DNA of 64,000 nt, taken from the NCBI GenBank assembly GCA_050230475.1, contig JBFLGF010000100.1, forward strand, positions 1 to 64,000, read 5' to 3'. Both the position numbers and the translations under genes were made by a program. The DNA comes from Ancylonema sp. Taxonomy: Eukaryota. This document shows positions 54,686-64,000 of the stretch, piece after piece. The notes beneath the pieces were generated by a model. It saw only the letters and a list, made by a program, of their open reading frames with translations. It was not told the DNA's origin and made no database searches. Position 1 is the first letter of the stretch; each line of letters starts with the position of its first letter.

Positions 54686-57600
54686 CTAAAATACATAGTG
54701 CCCCCATGTGCTGCTTGCCTTGTTTCCCCACTCTTTCACCCTCCTAGCCATTCTAGTGTTCCGGAATTCACCGAGGAGATAAAAGTAGAGAGCAGTCAAT
54801 AGAACAACCCAAACCATCCCGTTTGTCGCCCACACCTCATACCAGTGGGCCAGAACACGACCGACAGAGACACCATACGCAAATAGAGGGTGAAGGGGCG
54901 ATCCCTCCTTGGAACCCAACACTTGAAGGAGTTGGGGGACCAGGAAGACGTCTTGAAGCAAAGCTCCAAAGGTTCCCAGAAATTGCATCCCAACATATGC
55001 GGGTTGTTGGCCAAACGAGTGTACCATAGACAGTCTTTTCGTCGGGTGGAAGAGCACGTAGGGTTGCACGGAAACCATGTTTTGGAAATTGACGAGGTGG
55101 AGTAGAGGCACGTATAGTGCGTAGAGGAAACAGGACCCAAAAATTGGAAAGAGCAGCAACACTCGCGTTCGAAACGACCAGTCCAACGGCTCTCCAGCCG
55201 ACGTTGTTTGTTGAACCGCCCGACCTGAACTACTGTTTTGATTGTTGCCTTCCAAGTCCTCCCCCACAACCTCCTCCTTCTCTCCCTCGTCATTGACAAG
55301 CAACATTTCCGAGCTCTCCCTCTTCTCGTCTAGAAGGTCTCGTATGCCACCTGACAGTTGACGTCTTGCTTTCAACAGATGCAGCAGCAAGCGCGAGAGC
55401 ATGAAGGTCTCCACGAATCGAAGGGCGAGGATGGCGTGGGAATACCAATTGGAGGTCGTCCGGAAAACCCCCCGGTTCCCGAACCCGGAAGCAGTGTGGA
55501 AGACGTTGTCTATGAGGGACACTGTAATTGTGCAGAGTGTGCCCAAGATGAGAGAGCACAAACACACAAGGGAGACGCGTCGGCTCTTCTGTGGGTCCTC
55601 TTTCACAGCCCTGGAGAAACGGACGGAGACCCATGGGAATGGATGAGCCTCGAGGACCAATATTGCGGGACTAGAAAGCGTGTTGACGGAGCAGTTAACA
55701 GTTTGAATAGTGGAAGTCACATTTCGCTTGTCTTGTCGTAGGCCTACGGTCGAGACCATGCCCTTCTTTGCGTCACTGTATGCCTAGAACTTATCATTAC
55801 TCTGAGCCCCCTTCGTTCTCGAACCTCTTTGTATGTATTTGCCAGAAAATCATTGTGGTTTCAAAGAGGCTAGGTCAAAATCCCAAAGCGATAAGATCAG
55901 AAAACACGACTCACTCATAGCAAATCAACAAATCATATTGATTTCAGACATGAGCACGTTGCAGTTTCTAGTTTGCTCTATTTCCACACACAAAAAGGGG
56001 GGAAAAAACAAACAAATAAGTATGGGGGGTTCAAGATTCGGATACTGTTCTTTCAAATGGATGTCAAGCTAACGGCTAACGGTCAAGGGTGTTTCCTACC
56101 TCATTTGCCTCAGCGTGCACACCACAAGGATGGAGGAGACGACGACAGCCAAAACTGCTTTGGCTTCACTCCGCTCATAATCCCCTTGCGATTCCTCGCC
56201 TACAATGAAAAGGAAACAACGAAAAAAGAGGCAGAGAGCGAAAAAGTGAGGGAGGGAGAGAGGGAGAGAGGGAGAGAGGGAGAGAGGGAGAGAGGGAGAG
56301 AGGGAGAGAGGGAGAGAGGGAGAGAGGGAGAGAGGGAGAGAGGGAGAGAGGGAGAGAGGGAGAGAGGGAGAGAGGGAGAGACGGAGAGAGGGGGAGAGGG
56401 AGAGAGGGAGAGCGGGAGAGAGGGAGAGGGGGAGAGAGGGAGAGGGAGAGCGGGAGAGAGGGAGAGGGGGAGAGAGGGAGAGAGAATCAGTATCCACCCT
56501 GCCGTGTAGAATGCCTTGCTAAAGGATGTTACCCAATCCCTTCAAGATTCCCTGCTGGCTGACACAGAGCAAGACTTCCAGACTCCTTGCAGAGCTCCCA
56601 GCCAGTCATGGAACTCCCGTCTACCAGGCTACATTGTCTTCAGGGTGGCATGGGGTTGGAATTGCCAATTTGGAAGAGGGTAGAAAGGAGGCGTACTTGT
56701 TCGAAAAGGAGCCCGCTTGAAGTCTATCCTCTGAAAATAGAGGGGGTCTGCCTCTCCCCTCAGGCTCTCTATGCTTCCTTGCAGAGGCGCTCTGAGGTTG
56801 ATGAGGGGCCAGGGGTAGTGTCGTGGCAGCTGCATGTGCAGTGCCACCTGGCAGTCCTGCTCCTACAAACACCACAGACCACCATCCAGAGCGCACCAAA
56901 AGTGAAGCCCTTTTTCTGACTCGTCCTGGGATGCAAACGATAGGTAAAACCCCAAAATATTCGAATGAAAAACAGGACACATGCAAGTACAGAAGTACGC
57001 AGTGCTTACACCTGTCCTGTCGCCCTCCCTGTCCCCTACCTCTTCCCCTTCGTTCTTCTTTGATTCCGGAGGCGTCTCTATGGGAGCAAGGCAGCCCCTC
57101 ATGCACAGCAAACCGGTTCGGACATCGTACACTCCCTCTGCCGTCAACATCTTCATACTGGGCATCCCATCCACCCCCCTGACCCCATCCCGCACCCCAC
57201 GCATGTCAATCGAGCGTGCACCTTCTGGTGGCCTTTCTGGTCTACACCCTCCCGCTCCAGCTGCGGTAGAGAGAGGAGGAGCTACTGGGAAATAGGCACG
57301 GAAGTGAGTGGGAATGGACGGGTGGGAGCGGAGGGGAAGGAAAACTGTGAATATCGTAACCGAATTGGGGAACCCTGCTGCTATCCTTGTGCCAGTGTAT
57401 CAAATCCGCAAGCCATCTGGGAAATGCCACCTCCCATCCCACTATATTCTGCTTTCCTTCTTTTCCCCCCCCTCTGATCCCCCTCACCCTTGGCTCTCCA
57501 GAGAAGGGCGCTGCGGCACACGGAAGGAGATTGCCACCGAGGTGACGTCCTCTTTGATGGTGGTCAGGTCATCGTACACGTCTCTGTCTGACGCCTCCGC

Positions 57601-60536
57601 TCCAAGCTTCCAATACGGTCCCAACCAATGCAGTTGGGAGAAGCAGATGCCGGAGTCTGCGTTGCCTGCCAGGAACCCCATCTCCAGGTTGGGGTTCACG
57701 CGGTGCAGCCCTGCTAACGTGTCCTCTATGCAGATGGATTCGATTTGGAGATGATTGTTGGACATGTAGTTGGAGTTCAGGGACATGGAGTCCATTCCGG
57801 CACTATCACCCTGTGAATCCCCGAAATCCGTCTGCTTGTTTGCAGGGGGGAGATTGAGGGATCTTTCTGTCAGAGGTATGGCTAGATGATGGGATTGCGT
57901 GCGGGAATGAGACAAACAAAAAGGGGCGGCAAGCCAACCAAAGCAGCCTTAAGAGTGGGTGCCATCTATTCCTTTCCGTACAGCACACAGAAAGACATCC
58001 ATAAGTAAAGACGAAAAAATGAAACAAATAACTTAGATGTAGCATAGATCAAGCATGTATAGAAAGTATAGCATGAGGCATGTGCTGTGGCAGATGGAGA
58101 TCTTTTGATTACCTCCACTTGTTTTCCCCACAGGTCTTGGAGCCGCCTGGGAAAGGTCCACCCCACCCGTTCAGCAATCCACTCCACAGGGCTGCCAGAC
58201 TTGGGTGAGGCAGGGCAATCTGAGGGATACCTTTCCAATATGGTCAGACTCATAGATAGTAGACGTCATATATATTCAAATGATGTCATATATATTCAAA
58301 TGGGAGCAGCACTTTCTGGCTCCCTTCCAGCGGTGTAACCATGTCAGCAGATACATGTCAGATACATGTCAGCAGATAGGGAATAGATCACATCTGCCAC
58401 ATCCCCACTCTTGTTTTTATATACAGGGTAGGACAGGAATGAGGGTCTCACATTCTTCCACGTCCTCCTGCATGCTGAACTTGTACATGAAGTGTCCGCT
58501 CCAGTCACTCACTGAGATACTGGAATCAAGAAAGCAATTCCAAGTGGAAAGTTGTCAAGGGCCGCTTCTGGAAGGTTAACTCAAACATGTAGGTGGAGCA
58601 GGTTTCTATCCAAGTCTGACGTTTGAAGTTATACAGCCCCTGTTGGGGTGTCAAGTCAGGGTCATCCTCAGGGTCATCTCTGTCAGTCTGTTGGTCTCAC
58701 TCCTCAGTCAGATTACTTTATCATCTCAATGAGAGAGCAAGTAACATGACGTGTACCAGGAACTACGCAGCCATACCAGCTGTTGTTCGCAAACGTGAGT
58801 TTAGGATGCACAACTGAGGCATACGATTCTGAACGAGCATGATTGTGGCAACCATTTGCACGTACAGCTTTTGTTGTCGTCTATCTGTGCCACTGAAACA
58901 CATCGTCACATCATCTTTGTTGAAATGTAAATCAACCCCTCAAAGGCTCCATCATGATTGTGGAACTTACCTCCTGAACCCTGATGGTACTACAAAGCAA
59001 AAAATACATTCGAAATCCATGCAAGAAAAGCCTGAGATCCTTACTTCAAGTAGTGTCGACTTCCATCTGATGTCACTTTCCCTTTGACAACAGGGTGGTC
59101 CACTGACGTGGACAGCACGGACTTGGATGTCTTGATGACCTGAACATGCCACGAGGTCCGGTTATCATCACGGTTGTCAATGGAAGCTCGGGTGCAAATC
59201 GGGTACAGTCACGAAGGAAGATGCTACTCTCCCTAGGCTAGAAGGCAGCGAGAGCAGCAACAACTTACCGGCTTGACTTGAAACAGGAAGTGTAGCGGGC
59301 AGTCGCTGGCTTCGCCCGAGGTTGCTTCCCGGTTACATCCAACAAGACAGGCATTTGGCGCGTACTTGTCTGTCGTTGCTCCCTCTAGAAACATAATTCC
59401 CACTACAGTATGGGCATTGCTGCCTGCGTAGTCCATCTGCAAAACCGGGGTCCGGCTATCAGATGTCGTCTTCAAATCGTGTACCACGCCCACTACGAGT
59501 GCGACTTTTTTGGAATCAACTAACAGCCAGCATTCGTACAGATGCCATCGATCACTTTCGGTTGCAAAGTGCATATTGTGGTACTGTGGTATTGCGCACG
59601 CGTACACTGCGACACCAACAGTTAAACGCATACAGTTTTGGTCTTCCTCAATTCAGTACGTAAAGTTGAAACCAGTAGAAATAAAGAAGATGGCAGAAAG
59701 GCTACGGGCTCTACAAGGTAGGTCTAGTCACCTGTATCTCAGCGCCTAGCTGTCCCAGCTGCTGTACTGGCTGTTTTTGCTTGGGAGAGACCAGGATTGA
59801 GGAGACATTTGAGTTCCCGATGGTCAGCTCCGCTTGGATCCAGGCCACGTCTGCACTTCTCCGCTCCAGAAATTCGAAATTCAAGTTCATCGAATGTTGC
59901 TCCCCTGTGCCATCCACTTGTCCATATCCTGACATGTAATTCGCAATTCGTTGCCTGGGAAATGACCATTCTGACCCATGCATCCCTGCCACTTCACCAA
60001 TCAGATATGATTCGTGGAGTAGTGCCTGATCTTTCAGATTTTTCGGGAGATGCTGGCTGCAGATATCCATGATAGTCTTTGGGCTCGGCAACCCCATAGG
60101 CATCTGCAGCAATGGGAAAGTCAGCGGATGACCTACAGAACTCAGCAGAATTTACATACCAGTCGAATTTCGAGGATTTCCTCAAAACATAGAGAGTATC
60201 CCCCCCAAACGAGATAACCGCAATCTTAAATATTTAAGACATTATATTTCGACATTTCAGACAGGAAATGCGCATACAACTGTATCCGCTTACAGGACGT
60301 CCACTTCGAACCAAGTCGAAGCTTTGCCAAGAACAGTTTGTGTTTGCACAATGACGAGGCTGAGATAGAATGTGCATTGTGGCATAGTAGGCATTGCCTA
60401 TTTTGTCCACTATACTTACCGAGCCATCCACGCAGTGCGAGCTCATCAAAAGTACAACCGTCAAAAATGCTGACGCTGACAACGAAGCCGCCATGCCAGA
60501 GGACAGTTTGCTGCTATCCGTGTCGGCCCTACTCAT
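54686..60536 (-). CDS. DUF2921-like signal-peptide, multi-pass membrane protein (multi-exon; some internal junctions uncertain)
   Basis: Signal peptide MAASLSASAFLTVVLL (ATG 60494 or 60536). Repeated family motifs (ACLVGC; AEGVYDVRTGLLCMRGCL). C-terminal TM region DVFLVPQLL…PLHPLFAYGVSVGRVLAHWYE in ORF 54686..55759. Confidence 0.7.
56248..56483. repeat. Polypurine 8-mer repeat (GGGAGAGA)n in a DUF2921 intron
   Basis: About 235 bp almost purely A/G on the + strand. Confidence 0.95.
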
Positions 60537-60915
60537 CGGTACGGGTGATATTTTTATCCACTTCCTCGCTTACAAAAAACAATACGACCATCGGCTTCGT
60601 ATGCGGTTTGTATGACTTCGAATGAGCGGGGTAGGCATTAACAGATTGTGCACGAAACGCATCTCAGAAACTATCGTCCTGACAATACAACGAGCTTTAG
60701 TTATGCATCATCCCTAGGGAGACCTGACGAAGGCGATTTTTGGACGGAATGCCAGCGACTGGCAAAGTCGGTTACCGCCAATACAGTCGTACAGTCTTTC
60801 GTACAGCTGGCTGTAAAACTGTACGGTAAACGGTTGCTCCGCGGTTAAATCCGAGAGGGGGATTGGAAGTGGTACGGTTGACCTCTCTGGGCAAGTTTTC
60901 CTGTAATTTTAACCC

Positions 60916-61031
60916 GCTCCCTCGATATAACAACCCTATTTATGAGGACAGCCTGGATATAGGACAGTTGAAAAAAAAAAAAAAAAAAAAAAAATTTAAA
61001 AAAAAAATCGCCCTCGATATAAATATAACGA
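60916..61031 (+). mobile_element. Truncated left-end copy of the 4311-5152 MITE family
   Basis: GCTCCCTCGATATAA…CCCT.TTTA..AGGA.A.CCT.GATATA…AAAATCGCCCTCGATATAA..ATAAC is collinear with 4315-4410. Confidence 0.7.
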
Positions 61032-61929
61032 CCAGGGTTGTGAATGTTACACCTTACACTTACACTTACACCGGTACGTAACACGTAACACTACGTAGAA
61101 CGTAGAATCAAGTGCATATTTTACGTTTTTTTGCATAATCGGTACATTACAACAAAAATTCCCAAGAACGTAATATACTGTAGTTTCCCGTTATATAAAT
61201 GAATAAAATATTAACATACATACAATACATACATACATACATACATACGTAATGGCAGGTTGTTTTACAAAATCTATTGTGGTGTCGAGAAACCTTTTGT
61301 CCGTATACATTGGTATCATGGTTTATTAAGTACACCAATCAACATCACCACTGAGTCCTTGGATTCTTACGCATCAATGACTCAATGTCATAGTGAAAAG
61401 ATAATCATGTCCGTTTCTTGCAAAGCTTAAAAAGTGTGTTAGGGAGTGTCCATTGTTACTAACGAATTGTTATTTGCTGAATGTCATGCCGTATTTACCT
61501 GTATGTGTTAAGCAATAGTCATGTTGTGAGAGCTAGCCGTGAAAACATAGAACTTAAACCAGGCCAAAGACAATGTAACAATCTTTGCAATTTGCATACC
61601 TCTTGCAAAGTACCTCGTGCATACCTTTGCCTATTTGCATTCATGTGTTGAAATTTATGGTGGTTCGTATGATGCAAGCGTGTGCTCATTTAGTGGTCCA
61701 TAACAAGCTTGAGTCCTACGTCAATATTGCCTTGGTTCTATAGACCAAACAATACGCAGTGCGTAACTCACCACAAGCTAGCACCTCAATGCAACCGCTC
61801 ACAATACATCTATAAGCCTGCTAGACCCCTTTGTACAAAATGCACACCATTCTACCCGTTCGTGACCTTCATATACACCCCTATTCAATCGTTTGCTTTA
61901 TTCGAAGTAAAGTGGGATCTCGAGCCGTT

Positions 61930-63411
61930 TCACGTCCAAGCCGGTAAGGCAACAACACCAACCAGATGGAGCACACGCAACCCCATGAAAGTCAAATACA
62001 ACCCTATGAGCCCAACTCCTAGCGTTCTTGTGAACTTCATCCCATTGTACGGCAAAACCAAAAGCGAGTACACCAACCCCGCCACGAGAAACAAAATCGT
62101 ATACGGCAACGTCGGGTCCTTAGGGACATCGAACATAGCCGGGTAGCTCTTCCAACTAGCTATCACAAGCGAGGACCCTATCCCCACCAACGCATTGAAC
62201 ATCGGCCCCGCGTAGCATCCCGACCACGCGATTTGCGCCCCGTCCGATCCACCGTTCACGGCCATTGCGAGATTCGCGACCATGTCCCCGATCGAGTTCC
62301 CCCAAGCCAACACCGTGAGGCCCAGGAGGGAGGAATCGATGTTGAGGATCACTCCCACCGCCACCAGGGACGCCACGAGCTCGTTTGCAATGACATAGAA
62401 CCACACCACGCTCATCACGAAGCCGCCCAGCACCCAGGGGAGGGCAAACCGCTTGGGAGGGCCCGAGTCGTCGGTTGCAAAAAACGCGGCGACGCCGAAA
62501 AGGGCACCCGCGCCACCAAAGTAGAGCAAGAAGTTCCACGCGAGAACGCTTGGGACGAATATGGACCCCAAGAGGAGGGGCGCAAAAGTTGCACTTAGGA
62601 TGGCGTAGGGGCGGGACCACCCTTGTTGCTGGCGGCTGGGGATGGTTATCCGCCGGGGCAACATGATGGGGAAGTCGACCAAGTAGAGCCACGCGCCCTT
62701 CCAACTCCAAAACTTGGGCTGCAGGTCACATAACATAGAGCAACATGACACATCATATACAAGGCGAATTGAGGAGCTCTAGTGTATATCTCTTCGAAAC
62801 AACTAGCCAGGATGGTGAATGTAAGACGACTAACACTACATCGACCCATACAGAGAGCAAAAAGTTGAGCATGGCACAACCAGCCCTCGCTCCTTGCCCC
62901 GACCGAATCTCCTCCTTCATTGCATGAAAATATGAACACTTGTATCATGTAATCCGTACATCCACCTAAAATCTGATGCATGTAATAGAGCTGCTGGCTA
63001 CCAGGGACGCCTTCAAGCAGCCATGACATGCAGACCGACCCGTAAACTTACAGGTCCCTCTTCTTCCTCCTCCTCGCTCCAACCCCAAAGTGGGCGCACC
63101 TTCCCCTCCCCCACCCCACCCTTCCCACTCCCCGCCCCTGTCCGCGAGTATATGGCCACGTTAGAACTCCACATCCACTGGGGAAGGGAATGGGGGGCTT
63201 CAAAATTCCCGCTACCCCCACCCCCAACCTCGTCTGGACCCAAAAGAGGCTCATACACCCACCCCTCCTCCTCCCCGCCCCCACCCTCTCCTAGGGCCTG
63301 CAGAAGGATGCCGGTGGGGCGCGGACGCGAGCGGTGGATCTCTGAAACGAGTATAGCGCAACCGTAGAAGATGTAGATGGAGAGGAATCCTAGGGCCCAC
63401 AGGAGGTGGAT
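61930..63411 (-). CDS. CCX: Cation/Ca2+ exchanger (CCX, NCLX-like), 3' part only; 5' exons not identified and probably beyond the window
   Basis: Exons 63411-63052 and 62718-61930. Alpha-2 repeat LGLTVLAWGNSIGDMVAN…SGCYAGPMFN; LPRRITIP; SLPQWMWSSNVAIYS. Confidence 0.9.
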
Positions 63412-64000
63412 CTGGGTGGAGAGAGTGATCACTAGCAGGGCCTGGGAGAGGGGGACGGGAGGGGGGGGGAGCTTGAAGTGAGTACTCAGCAAAAAGTATG
63501 GGAGCAGCACATGCTTTGGTTGACCACACGACTAGAACCTTTAAAACACCAGAACCACAATGAGTGCCTGTAGAGGCTTTGGAAATCAGTCCGTGTTGTT
63601 GGTGAGAAATGCTCCCAGACCCGGTCACCTACTTTCTCGGATGGACCACGCTGTCTGTTGCACTATTCCTAACCAAGGCGCCCCCACAGCGTTTAGCGAT
63701 CATGCACACATGCCATGCATCAACCTACTTGCTTCACAGCCCGGCTGGTACGCCCAGGTGCTGAACTCAAAGCCTAAGGACGCTGTCCCCTCATCCCAGC
63801 CCCACCCTGAACCCTCCTAGTAGTCCTCATCCACACCGAGCTCGACGTCTCTATGACCCTGAACCCCGATTCTGGTCCCACTTCACTTCTGTGTCACTTG
63901 AAGGGGACTGAAAGAGTGTACCAGTAGAGTTATGAGGTAAAACCCAACGTCTCGGAAGTAAGAGTTGCGGTCTACGGGGCCGCTGTTTGGAATCCCCGCC

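Noticed and set aside
55973..56509. RE-rich and SP/LS-rich ORFs
   Set aside because: Translations of the (GGGAGAGA)n repeat.
58971..58980. Apparent 10-nt micro-exon (cag|GGTTCAGGAG|gtaagt on the minus strand)
   Set aside because: The flanking DUF2921 exons join in frame without it and inclusion would frameshift. There is no evidence it is used.

Overview
Eukaryotic nuclear DNA, most likely a green plant (streptophyte), gene-dense and intron-rich. I hand-spliced 10 protein-coding genes: a BAG6/CIP73-like ubiquitin-domain gene, a short Tify-domain-binding (TDBD) gene, aminopeptidase P, NUP50, organellar recA, a PP2-A10-like gene, mitochondrial-type ClpP, a CAAX/CPBP protease, a DUF2921-like membrane protein and a partial CCX exchanger. 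Mobile DNA comprises a full-length but disabled Ty1/copia element with a 5-bp TSD, a MULE transposase relic and several TIR-bounded non-autonomous DNA transposons. There are also large microsatellites. The most notable oddities are: an in-frame TGA in the otherwise intact 15-exon BAG6-like gene, directly upstream of a U12-type intron; a stand-alone TDBD protein with EAR-like motifs (NINJA-like logic); two GC-AG introns in one gene; G-rich 5' / C-rich 3' intron polarity; and an ~800-bp triplet array with an AT-rich palindrome in a recA intron. I found no tRNA, rRNA or CRISPR array, and no clearly new biological system is proven. Family assignments come from motif recognition only, with no database search.
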